Below, piece by piece: positions 9,654 through 18,463 of a stretch of DNA of 37,962 nucleotides; within the stretch, counting starts at the first letter, position 1; each line of letters opens with the position of its first letter. The translations under genes were made by a program, and so were the position numbers. The DNA lies in assembly GCA_964511045.1 (NCBI GenBank), contig CAZEDJ010000002.1, positions 1-37,962 on the forward strand, read 5' to 3'. The notes below the pieces were generated by a model, which was not told where the DNA came from, did no database searches, and saw only the letters and a list, made by a program, of their open reading frames with translations. This DNA is from an uncultured bacterium (GTDB taxonomy: Bacteria > Aquificota > Aquificia > Desulfurobacteriales > Desulfurobacteriaceae).

Positions 9654-11030
9654 CTATAGTTTTAATAGAATTTCTACAATTTCAGTTATTTCACTCTCAA
9701 ATACCGTAAACATGTCAAGTAAGAACTTCCCTTCCTTAATTCTACCAATTATAGGGGGAAAGGTCCTTCTCAATTTTTCGTCTAATTCGGTTTCCGATAA
9801 ACCTTCAATCTGAATTGAGACGCAGTATGTGGGAAGCGTTTGGAGGGGGAGAGCTCCCCCTCCCACCTCTACTCTATCCTCCATTATCTCGGCTTTGCCC
9901 TTAAATCCCTTCTCTTTAAGCTTCCCAACCAACCTCTCTGCCTTTTCCCTTACTCTTTCAGCCCTTTGCGACAGTAACTTCCATACAGGAATTTCTCTGA
10001 GTGCCAACTCCTCATCAAGGTAGTAGGTAAGGGTTGCTTCAAGAACGGCAAGGGTCATTTTGTCTATTCTGAGTGCCCTGTTGAGGGGGTGTTTTTTTAT
10101 CCTTTCTATATATTTCCTCTTTCCGAGAATTATTCCTGCCTGTGCTCCTCCCAGTAGCTTGTCTCCGCTAAAAGAGACGATGTCAACGCCGGCCCTGAGA
10201 ACGTCCTGAACCGTTGGTTCGTAGGATAGTCCCAACTTCCTGACATCTATGAAACTTCCGCTTCCGAGGTCCTCATAGACCGGTATCCCGTGTTTTCTTC
10301 CTATTTCAACGAGCTCCCTCGTTGGGACGCTCTCCGTGAAGCCAAGTATTTTGTAGTTGCTCGTGTGAACTTTTAAGAGGAGGGCTGTGTTTTCTGTTAT
10401 TGCCCTTTCGTAATCCCATGGGTGGGTTTTGTTTGTCGTTCCAACCTCCTTTAAAATGGCTCCGCTCTGCTCCATGACATCGGGAATTCTGAAGGAACCT
10501 CCTATCTCAATGAGCTCTCCCCTTGAAACAATAACCTCCCTTCCCCTTGCCAGGGAGGATAGGACGAGGAGAACAGCTCCGGCGTTGTTGTTGACTACAC
10601 ACACATCCTCTGCACCGGTTAGTTCCCTTAAAATCCACTCAAGGTTCCTGTATCTGAGTCCCCTACTTCCCTTTTCAAGGTCGTACTCAAGGTTTGAGTA
10701 TCCTGTAATTATCTCCTTTAGGTGTTCTGCAACTTTTTCTGAAATCGGAGCTCTCCCCAAGTTCGTATGGAGGACTATTCCGGTGGCATTTATTACTCTG
10801 TGGAGTTTTGGTCTGATGAGCTCTAAGAGTTTCTCCTTTACCCTCTCCTTTACATCTAATTCTGTAAAGTCCTTAACTTTTCCCTCCCTTATTTCATTTC
10901 TCAGCTCAGAGAGGGCAATTTCAACGGCTCTTTTGAGGAAAAACTTCGGCCTTGAGCCCAATATTTGGCAGAGCTCCTCATCACAGAGGAGCGTATCAAC
11001 CTTTGGAATTTTCCTAAAGAGCTCCTTCAA
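9654..11030 (-). CDS. selA: L-seryl-tRNA(Sec) selenium transferase
   Basis: VINATGIVLHTNLGRAP, SNLEYDL, VSRGELIEIGGSFRIPDVM, FSGDKLLGG (PLP lysine), RALRIDK. TTG start overlaps the nuoN stop (TTGA). Confidence 0.97.
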   Translation of the reverse strand: MKELFRKIPKVDTLLCDEELCQILGSRPKFFLKRAVEIALSELRNEIREGKVKDFTELDVKERVKEKLLELIRPKLHRVINATGIVLHTNLGRAPISEKVAEHLKEIITGYSNLEYDLEKGSRGLRYRNLEWILRELTGAEDVCVVNNNAGAVLLVLSSLARGREVIVSRGELIEIGGSFRIPDVMEQSGAILKEVGTTNKTHPWDYERAITENTALLLKVHTSNYKILGFTESVPTRELVEIGRKHGIPVYEDLGSGSFIDVRKLGLSYEPTVQDVLRAGVDIVSFSGDKLLGGAQAGIILGKRKYIERIKKHPLNRALRIDKMTLAVLEATLTYYLDEELALREIPVWKLLSQRAERVREKAERLVGKLKEKGFKGKAEIMEDRVEVGGGALPLQTLPTYCVSIQIEGLSETELDEKLRRTFPPIIGRIKEGKFLLDMFTVFESEITEIVEILLKL

Positions 11031-12475
11031 ATTATTCCCCTGATAAAGGAACTCAATGATAGAAGTGATGCCTGAGATATTACCTCTGGAAACAGTCCGA
11101 ATATGACGAGGAAGAGGCTTACAACGATGAATGCTCCGTACTCAACGGGAGTTGGCGAAAACTCTGTAGGTTTGCCTTCCTTCATAAATGCAAAGACGAC
11201 GGGTCTTAGGTAGAAGTAGAGTGAGATAACGCTTGATATAAGGAGTGCAACGGCAATACCGACCTTTCCCACTCTCACGAGGGCAACCAAAATGTAAAAC
11301 TTGGCCCAAAAGCCGAGGAGGGGAGGAATTCCTGCAAGTGACATGAAAACGACAACGAGTGAAAGGGCAATTACGGGACTCCTTGAGTATAAGTTCCGCC
11401 AGTCGGATAGCCTCTCTCCCTTAAATCCGGATGTTGAGAGAAGGGAGACCAAACCGAAGGCTGCTATCGTCATGAACGTATAGGCAAAGATGTAGAAGAG
11501 GACGGAGTAGATGGAGAGAGAGGGGATTGAGGAAAATGCTGCAACTATTACTCCCGTGTGTGAGATGGCCGAGTAGGCGAGCATTCTCTTTACATTTTCC
11601 TGATTGAGTGCCATTAGGGCTCCCACAATTGCCGAGACAACTCCGATTACTGCAAGTAGAGTTCCCCACTCCTTTGCGAGAGGTAAAAAGACTGGATAGA
11701 AAAGTTTTATAAATGCAGTTATTGAGGCAACTTTGACGACTGCTCCCATAAAGAGGGTGACTGGTGTCGGAGCTCCGTGGTACGAATCGGGAGTCCAGCC
11801 GTGGAAGGGAACGGCTCCGAACTTAAAGAGGAATCCCGATAGGGTGAAAACGAGGGAGAGAATGACGGGAAGGCTGTGGGGGTGTTTTTCAAGGAAGTTT
11901 GAAATTTCCGAGTAAGTTGTTGAGCCCGACAGACCGTAGAGGACGGCAAAACCGTAAACTATAACGGCAGCCCCTACCGAGCCCATTATGAAGTACTTCA
12001 GTGCTGCTTCCTTTCCCCTGTAATCCCCCTTAAAGAGGGATATGAGTATGTAAATTGATATGGACATTACCTCAAGTGAGACAAAGAGTGTTGACAGCTC
12101 GTTTGCAGAGACCATGAGGAGAGCTCCGAAGGTAGCAAAGAGAAGCGTGTAGTAGTACTCCCCTATAAAGTTGGTTTTAAACCTCTCTATGTAGCCATAA
12201 CTCACAAATGTTGCTATCAGTCCAGAGAAGACTATGAGAACTCCTGAAAATGTAGATAGTAGGTCCTTTTTTACGAAGCCAAAAAAGGCCGTCTGTGGAG
12301 AGACGGGGGAAAATATGACCAGCAGAAATAGGGTGAGAACGAGTGTTGTTGAGGATATGAAGGAAAATAGCCTGTTTTTAAGCCTATTGGGAATAATCAG
12401 GTCTATGAGAATGGAAATTACTGCAACGGTTAAGAGGAAGATTTCTGGAAACATTAAAATTGCATTTAGCTTCAT
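11027..12475 (-). CDS. nuoN: NADH-quinone oxidoreductase subunit N
   Basis: EAALKYFIMG, FKFGAVPFHGWTPD, KRMLAYSAISH, SLAGIPPLLGFWAKF; last nuo gene. Confidence 0.96.
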   Translation of the reverse strand: MKLNAILMFPEIFLLTVAVISILIDLIIPNRLKNRLFSFISSTTLVLTLFLLVIFSPVSPQTAFFGFVKKDLLSTFSGVLIVFSGLIATFVSYGYIERFKTNFIGEYYYTLLFATFGALLMVSANELSTLFVSLEVMSISIYILISLFKGDYRGKEAALKYFIMGSVGAAVIVYGFAVLYGLSGSTTYSEISNFLEKHPHSLPVILSLVFTLSGFLFKFGAVPFHGWTPDSYHGAPTPVTLFMGAVVKVASITAFIKLFYPVFLPLAKEWGTLLAVIGVVSAIVGALMALNQENVKRMLAYSAISHTGVIVAAFSSIPSLSIYSVLFYIFAYTFMTIAAFGLVSLLSTSGFKGERLSDWRNLYSRSPVIALSLVVVFMSLAGIPPLLGFWAKFYILVALVRVGKVGIAVALLISSVISLYFYLRPVVFAFMKEGKPTEFSPTPVEYGAFIVVSLFLVIFGLFPEVISQASLLSLSSFIRGII

Positions 12476-13924
12476 TTAAACTCCCCCGAGAAGAGTCGCC
12501 GTGTATTTGTGTATAAAGTTAAGGATAAACTCTGGATTAAAGCCCCACCAGATAACTAAGAGGGCGATGGCAGTAAGGGAGAGGAGCTCCCTTAGGTCAA
12601 CATCCCTAAATGAAAGAACCTTCGGCTCGAGGAAGAAGACATTTCTGTACATGTAGAGCATGTAGGCGGCTCCGAATATGACTCCAAGTGCCATGAGAAT
12701 TCCGACCCAGTGGGCGGCCCTGTATCCTCCGAGTATTGTCAGAAATTCCCCTATAAATGAGCTCGTTCCCGGTAGGCCTACCGACGCCATTGTAAATACC
12801 ATTCCTAAAAAGGCAAGTTTTGGAGCAAAACTTGCCAGACCTCCCATCTTGGAAATTTCCCTCGTGTGGAGCCTTTCGTATATGGCTCCCACTATAAAGA
12901 AGAGGGCTGCGGAAACGAGTCCGTGATTCAGCATCTGGAATATGGCTCCCTCTATTCCTTGAGGGTTGAGTGCAAACAGTCCTATCATTACAAATCCCAT
13001 GTGGGAAACGGAACTGTAAGCAACGATTTTCTTGACGTCCTCCTGAACGAGGGCAACGAGTGCTGTGTATATGATGGCAACTACTCCTAAAGCAAAGATG
13101 TAGGGGGCGTAGATTTTGTAGGCCTCGGGAAAGAGGGGAAGTGAGAACCTCAGGAATCCGTAAGTTCCCATCTTTAGGAGAACGCCGGCGAGGATTACGC
13201 TCCCGGGAGTGGGGGCTTCAACGTGGGCATCGGGAAGCCAAGTGTGGAATGGGAATATCGGGACTTTTACTGCAAATGCGAGGAAGAATGCCCAGAAGAG
13301 CCACTTTTGGACCTCAAGGGGATAGTTAAACTGAGAGAGCTTTTCTATGTCAAATGTGTAGTTTCCGGTGACAGAACCGTAAATTACGACCAGTACGATG
13401 AGACCTATCAGGAGGAATATGCTTCCGGCGAAGGTGTAGATGAAAAACTTGAGGGCAGAGTAGATTCTCCTCTCTCCTCCCCAGATTCCTATCATTAGGC
13501 TCATAGGAATGAGCATTGCCTCCCAAAATATGTAAAACAGTAGAGCGTCAAGGGAGACGAACACTCCTACCATTGCCGTTTCAAGTAAAAGTAGAAGAGC
13601 ATAGAACAGTTTCTTCCTGTTTTTTATGTACTTCCAGGCGGAGGGAACGGAGATAAAAGTTATAAAGGTTGTCATTATCAACATTATTAGGCTCAGTCCA
13701 TCAAGGCCGACCTTATACCTTATTGAGAGGCTGGGGAGCCAGGAGCCGTAGTCTATAAACTGGAATCCCTCCCTGTTTGGGTCAAACTTTAAGAGGAGTC
13801 CGATTGAGAGCAGGAGGACAAGCCCCGTCGTAAGGAGTGCTATCCACTTACTCCTCTCTTCACTCCTGCATAAAGCTATGAGGAGAGCTCCGATGAGTGG
13901 AATAATCAGTATTGCACTAACCAT
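12476..13924 (-). CDS. nuoM: NADH-quinone oxidoreductase subunit M
   Basis: FYIFWE, AVKVPIFPFHTWLPDAHVEAPT, LLKMGTYG, AYSSVSHMG. Confidence 0.97.
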   Translation of the reverse strand: MVSAILIIPLIGALLIALCRSEERSKWIALLTTGLVLLLSIGLLLKFDPNREGFQFIDYGSWLPSLSIRYKVGLDGLSLIMLIMTTFITFISVPSAWKYIKNRKKLFYALLLLLETAMVGVFVSLDALLFYIFWEAMLIPMSLMIGIWGGERRIYSALKFFIYTFAGSIFLLIGLIVLVVIYGSVTGNYTFDIEKLSQFNYPLEVQKWLFWAFFLAFAVKVPIFPFHTWLPDAHVEAPTPGSVILAGVLLKMGTYGFLRFSLPLFPEAYKIYAPYIFALGVVAIIYTALVALVQEDVKKIVAYSSVSHMGFVMIGLFALNPQGIEGAIFQMLNHGLVSAALFFIVGAIYERLHTREISKMGGLASFAPKLAFLGMVFTMASVGLPGTSSFIGEFLTILGGYRAAHWVGILMALGVIFGAAYMLYMYRNVFFLEPKVLSFRDVDLRELLSLTAIALLVIWWGFNPEFILNFIHKYTATLLGGV

Positions 13925-13933
13925 TGTTTACTC

Positions 13934-15799
13934 CTATACTGCGAGAATAAGGATGATAACGGTTAAAATTCCGAGGCCAAAGTAGATTAGGTAGTCATTG
14001 ACGACTCCCGTTTGGCTCATCCTGAGAACCTCTCCCGTCCATTTAACCAAGTTTGCAGTTCCGTTTACGATGCCGTCAATGATGTATCTGTCAAAGAGTG
14101 ACGACAGTTTACCGACTCCAAAGCCCAATCCCCTGACAAAAACGGTTCCGTAAATTTCGTCAAAGTAGTACTTGTTGTACACCAACCTGTATAGCGGTTT
14201 AATGAGTGGATTTTCCGTAATCCGTTCGGGGGAAACTTTCTTGAAGTAGTAAATAGTTGCTGCAATCAGTAGGCCTAATACTGCTAAGGAAACGGAGACG
14301 ATTATCAGTGAAATTTCGGTTGTGTGGGGGAGCTCCTCAACGTGATTTGGAACAGAGGTTGAGAGAAACTCCTCAAACCACCCTCCAAGAAATCCCGCAA
14401 GGAGGGAGGGAATGGAGAGGACTATCAGGGGAATAGTCATTACGGGAGGGGATTCGTGGAGGTGTTTCATCTCCCTCCTATCAAACCTCTCCTTACCGAA
14501 GAAAACGAGGAAAATTAACCTTCCCATGTAGAGTGCCGTGAGGAGGACTCCCAAGGTTAGAAACAGCCAAAACAGGCTGTGTCCGTTGGAGAAGACGGCG
14601 GAGATTATCTTGTCCTTACTGAAGAACCCCGCAAAGGGTGGAATTCCCACCAGTGCGAGGGTTCCTATCAGGAATGTAATGGTAGTTACCTTCATGTACT
14701 TGTAAAGTCCCCCCATCTTCCTTATGTCCTGTTCGCCGTTCATTGCATGGATTACGCTTCCCGAACCGAGAAAGAGAAGGGCTTTAAAGAAGGCATGGGT
14801 AAAGAGGTGAAACATTGCGTATACGTAAGCTCCCACTCCGAGGGCTGCGAACATGTATCCCAGTTGGGACAAGGTTGAGTAGGCGAGAATTCTCTTTATG
14901 TCAAACTGCGTAAGCCCGACCGTTGCTGCTCCGAAGGCCGTAATAACCCCTATGATGCCGATAACTGGAAGTATGTAACCGCTGTCGTATATGGGAGCAC
15001 ACCTTGCAACCATAAAGACACCAGCAGCAACCATCGTTGCCGCGTGGATGAGTGCAGAGATGGGGGTCGGTCCCTCCATTGCGTCGGGGAGCCACGTGTG
15101 TAGTGGAAACTGGGCAGACTTTCCGACTGCCCCTCCGAGGAGGAAGAGGCCTATGAGAGAGATGAGTCCCCTATCTACACTGTCCACTTTTGAGAACACG
15201 CCGTGAAAGTCCAGCGTTCCAAATACCCAGAAGATTGAAACAACTCCGAGAATAAAGAGAAAGTCCCCCACTCTGTTCATTATGAAGGCCTTTATGGCGG
15301 CATCGGCGGCTCTTTTTCTCTTGTACCAGAATCCGATGAGGAGGTAGGAGGAGAGTCCCACGGCTTCCCAGCCAAAGAAGAGCTGGAGGAAGTTTGGTGA
15401 GAGGACTAAAGTGAGCATTGAGAATGTAAAGAGCCCCAGATAGGCAAAAAACCTGTCGTAGCCCGGGTCGTCGTGCATGTAACCTATGGAGTACATGTGG
15501 ACGAAGAAGGAGACAAAGTTTACGACTAAGAGCATTACGGCGGTTAACGAGTCAACGTATCCTCCAAAGTTTGCCGACAGAGCTCCCGAGATTACCCAGT
15601 TAAACCAGTTTTCCTCTATTACCTCTCCGTTTGAAACTCTTATGAGGAGAAGACACGAGAGGAGAAAGGATATTCCGACGGTTACCAGTCCAAAGTAGTG
15701 TGAACGCTTCTTGAAGGAGCTCCAGCCAAAGAGAGCTCCTATCCCAGATAGAATGAATGAGATTAAGGGTAAAACTGCTATCCAAAAGGTTATCCCCAT
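13934..15799 (-). CDS. nuoL: NADH-quinone oxidoreductase subunit L
   Basis: GWEAVGLSSYLLIGFW, GKSAQFPLHTWLPDAMEGPTPISALIHAATMV, HAFFKALLFL, C-terminal transverse helix region. Confidence 0.97.
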   Translation of the reverse strand: MGITFWIAVLPLISFILSGIGALFGWSSFKKRSHYFGLVTVGISFLLSCLLLIRVSNGEVIEENWFNWVISGALSANFGGYVDSLTAVMLLVVNFVSFFVHMYSIGYMHDDPGYDRFFAYLGLFTFSMLTLVLSPNFLQLFFGWEAVGLSSYLLIGFWYKRKRAADAAIKAFIMNRVGDFLFILGVVSIFWVFGTLDFHGVFSKVDSVDRGLISLIGLFLLGGAVGKSAQFPLHTWLPDAMEGPTPISALIHAATMVAAGVFMVARCAPIYDSGYILPVIGIIGVITAFGAATVGLTQFDIKRILAYSTLSQLGYMFAALGVGAYVYAMFHLFTHAFFKALLFLGSGSVIHAMNGEQDIRKMGGLYKYMKVTTITFLIGTLALVGIPPFAGFFSKDKIISAVFSNGHSLFWLFLTLGVLLTALYMGRLIFLVFFGKERFDRREMKHLHESPPVMTIPLIVLSIPSLLAGFLGGWFEEFLSTSVPNHVEELPHTTEISLIIVSVSLAVLGLLIAATIYYFKKVSPERITENPLIKPLYRLVYNKYYFDEIYGTVFVRGLGFGVGKLSSLFDRYIIDGIVNGTANLVKWTGEVLRMSQTGVVNDYLIYFGLGILTVIILILAV

Positions 15800-15800
15800 T

Positions 15801-16100
15801 TCACCACCTCAGGAGAGAGAAGTCCTCTGTGTTAATGCTCTTTCTGAGTCTGTAAATTGCAACTACAATTGCTAAGCCGACTGCTGCCTCAGCAGCTGCA
15901 ACGGCGAGGACGAAGAAAACGAATACTTCGCCGAACATGTTCCCGTGAGCCTTTGAGAATCCAACGAGCAGAACGTTTGCGCTGTTTAGTAGGAGCTCTA
16001 AGGAGAAAAATAGGGATATAACGTTTCTCCTTATGATTATTCCAAAGAGCCCTACTGCAAAGAGGAGTCCACTCAGCAGGAAAAATCCAAAGGCGTTCAT
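15801..16100 (-). CDS. nuoK: NADH-quinone oxidoreductase subunit K
   Basis: RRNVI...SLELLLNS, VAAAEAAVGLAI. Confidence 0.97.
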   Translation of the reverse strand: MNAFGFFLLSGLLFAVGLFGIIIRRNVISLFFSLELLLNSANVLLVGFSKAHGNMFGEVFVFFVLAVAAAEAAVGLAIVVAIYRLRKSINTEDFSLLRW

Positions 16101-16579
16101 TCCTCCCTCCTTCCTATTGAAACGGCTCCGATTGTTGCAACGAGTAAAAGTACTGAAACAACCTCAAAGGGAAGGAGAAACTTAAAAAATAGGGGGTGTG
16201 AAAGCTCATGACCACCAGATATTAATTCCTTAACCTTGAGGTTGGAGACTTCAAGGGCAGAAAAGAGGATGAAAGATAGAAGGGCTAAGGAGATAAATCC
16301 CCCAACTGCTATGTAGGGGAGCTTAAACTTTTCACTCTTAAACTTCCTTATCTCCATAGTCATAAGGGCAAAGAGGTAGAGAACAACAACTGCTCCGCCG
16401 TAAACTATTACCTGAACTACTCCTATAAACTCTGCTCCCGAAGTAAAGTAGATGGCTCCAAGGAGGAAGAACGATATGAGGAGTGAAATACCTCCCCTCA
16501 CTATGTTTTTACTCGTAACCGATATAATTGCAAATACTACGGTTAAAATTCCGAAAAAGTAAAAGAGAACTTCCCTCAT
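16097..16579 (-). CDS. nuoJ: NADH-quinone oxidoreductase subunit J
   Basis: AEFIGVVQVIVYGGAVVVLYLF, LPFEVVSVLLLVA. Start moved to ATG 16579 (GAGGAG RBS, ATGA overlap with the nuoI stop). Confidence 0.95.
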   Translation of the reverse strand: MREVLFYFFGILTVVFAIISVTSKNIVRGGISLLISFFLLGAIYFTSGAEFIGVVQVIVYGGAVVVLYLFALMTMEIRKFKSEKFKLPYIAVGGFISLALLSFILFSALEVSNLKVKELISGGHELSHPLFFKFLLPFEVVSVLLLVATIGAVSIGRREE

Positions 16580-17031
16580 CTCCTCTTCCTCTCCCACTCC
16601 TGATAGTAGCGTCCCAACTCCAAGAGGTCTTCCTTGTGGAGTATTAGCTTCTCCTTGGTGTACTTTGAAAACTCATAGATGTCGGTCATGACAATTGCGT
16701 CCCTCGGGCAGGCCTCAACGCAGAGACCGCAGAAGAGACACCTCGTTAAATCAACGGTAAATTCAACTAACTCCTTTCTTCCGTCCTTCCCCTCGGTCAT
16801 TTCCATGTCTATAACGTTGCTCGGGCACATTTCTGCACAGAGGAAGCAGGCCTCACACCTGTAGGAACCGTCGGGGTTTAGCTTTAGGGCGTGGATTCCC
16901 CTGAACCTTTCCCTCGGGGGAACCTTCTCAAAGGGGTAGTGGACGGTTACTACAGGCTTAAACATCGTTTTAAGGGTGATTGACATTCCCTTGAGCAAGT
17001 CTGTAAGCGTAGCCTTTTTCAGCACTTCCAT
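16576..17031 (-). CDS. nuoI: NADH-quinone oxidoreductase subunit I
   Basis: RFRGIH and two 4Fe-4S motifs, CEACFLCAEMCP and CLFCGLCVEACP. Confidence 0.97.
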   Translation of the reverse strand: MEVLKKATLTDLLKGMSITLKTMFKPVVTVHYPFEKVPPRERFRGIHALKLNPDGSYRCEACFLCAEMCPSNVIDMEMTEGKDGRKELVEFTVDLTRCLFCGLCVEACPRDAIVMTDIYEFSKYTKEKLILHKEDLLELGRYYQEWERKRR

Positions 17032-17033
17032 CT

Positions 17034-17993
17034 CTACCCCGTAAGGAGAGCTTCAAGAGCTCCGATAAATAAGTTCACTATTGAAATTGGCAGGAGAATT
17101 TTCCACATAATTGATAGCATCTGGTCAAACCTGTACCTCGGAAAGGTTGCCCTGAGCCAGAATGTCAAGAAGACGAGGAATCCGGCCTTTATCAACTGAT
17201 ATAGGACTCCCAATATCGGATACTTGTCCGCGAGGGGACCGCTCCATCCTCCGAAAAAGAGGAGAGTGGCGACGAGTGAGAGGACGATTATGTTTATGTA
17301 CTCTCCGAAGAAGAAAGAGGCAAACCTCATTCCAGAGTACTCCGTGTGGAATCCCCCCACCAGTTCACTCTCGCCTTCCGGAATGTCAAAGGGAGGTCTT
17401 CCTATCTCTGCAACCATACAGAAAAGGAAAATTAGAAAGGCAATAGGTTGATAGAAAATTCCCCATCCGTGGCTGTTTTGCCACTTGACTATCTCGTTAA
17501 AGTCAAAGGAGCCGAACAGGAGAACGAGTGCCATTATCGCAAATCCCATGGGAAGCTCATAACCGAGGACCTGGGCTGCGGCCCTCATTCCCGCGAGGAA
17601 GGAGTACTTATCGTTTGATGAGTATCCCGAGAGGATTAGGGCGTATATTGAGATTGCACTCATTGCCATGACAAAGAGAAGGGCCGACTTCATGGGAACC
17701 GCCTGGATGAAGCCAATCGGAACGACCGAGGCCGCCAACAGTGCGGCGAAAACGCTGAAAGAGGGGGCAAACATAAAGAGGAGTCTATCTGCTCCCTTCG
17801 GGATTATGTCTTCCTTAAAGATTAGCTTGATGGCATCTGCCAAGGGCTGGAGAATCCCGTGAAATCCTACGACCATTGGGCCGGGCCTCTGCTGCATGTG
17901 GCCTAATACCTTCCTCTCAAGGTAGGTTATCGGAGGAACGGCAACCAGCATCAAAACAACTATAAAGAGCATGCTGAGGAAGTTCTCAATCAC
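17034..17993 (-). CDS. nuoH: NADH-quinone oxidoreductase subunit H
   Basis: ERKVLGHMQQRPGP, QPLADAIKLIFKED, RPPFDIPEGESELVGGFHTEYSG, PRYRFDQ. GTG start. Confidence 0.97.
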   Translation of the reverse strand: MIENFLSMLFIVVLMLVAVPPITYLERKVLGHMQQRPGPMVVGFHGILQPLADAIKLIFKEDIIPKGADRLLFMFAPSFSVFAALLAASVVPIGFIQAVPMKSALLFVMAMSAISIYALILSGYSSNDKYSFLAGMRAAAQVLGYELPMGFAIMALVLLFGSFDFNEIVKWQNSHGWGIFYQPIAFLIFLFCMVAEIGRPPFDIPEGESELVGGFHTEYSGMRFASFFFGEYINIIVLSLVATLLFFGGWSGPLADKYPILGVLYQLIKAGFLVFLTFWLRATFPRYRFDQMLSIMWKILLPISIVNLFIGALEALLTG

Positions 17994-18463
17994 TTCTTAG
18001 GTCCTCCCCAGATGAAGCAGGTTGTATCAACAAACTTCTTGTTCATCTCCTTCAGTCTTTCGGATATTACCTTTGCAAGCTCCTCAAGTAGCTTTATTGC
18101 AAGCTGAGGGTCCTCCTTTTTCAGCTTTTCGTAGCCCTCCCTCGTGAGAATTAAGACGTGGGTTTCCTTTGCGGCCACTGCCTTTGAGGAGTGGAAGTGG
18201 CTGCTGAAGAAGGAGAGTTCTCCAAGGGGCGTTCCCTCCTGACTCACTGCAACCTTTATGGGATTTCCAAATGCATCAGGCCTGTAGAGGTCAACCCTTC
18301 CCTTTACGATGAAGAAGATGTTGTCTCCAGGGTCTCCCTCCTCAAATAGGACATCTCCCTTTGAATATACCTTGTACTCTAAATATTTGGCAATTTCCTC
18401 AATTTCCCTGTCCGAAAAGTTCTTAAACAGGGGAAAATTCCTTGCAAGCTCAACCTTTACCAT
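17990..18463 (-). CDS. Stand-alone cyclic-nucleotide-binding (Crp-type effector) domain protein, without HTH
   Basis: FPLFKNFSDREI, KGDVLFEEGDPGDNIFFIVKGRV, LGELSFF, C-helix LAKVISERLKEMN. Overlaps both nuoG (TAATG) and nuoH (GTGA). Confidence 0.9.
   Translation of the reverse strand: MVKVELARNFPLFKNFSDREIEEIAKYLEYKVYSKGDVLFEEGDPGDNIFFIVKGRVDLYRPDAFGNPIKVAVSQEGTPLGELSFFSSHFHSSKAVAAKETHVLILTREGYEKLKKEDPQLAIKLLEELAKVISERLKEMNKKFVDTTCFIWGGPKK

Larger units (their letters stand above)
5717..9720. other. AT-rich compositional islet (candidate acquired cassette)
   Basis: Hand-counted 60-mers at 6001, 6721, 7141 and 9661 have 16-20 G+C, versus 32-36 at 9841 and 15001. No integrase or flanking repeats were seen. 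Confidence 0.65.

Noticed and set aside
5717-9720. AT-rich islet as a mobile element
   Set aside because: There is no integrase, transposase, tRNA target or direct repeat. It is kept only as a compositional anomaly.
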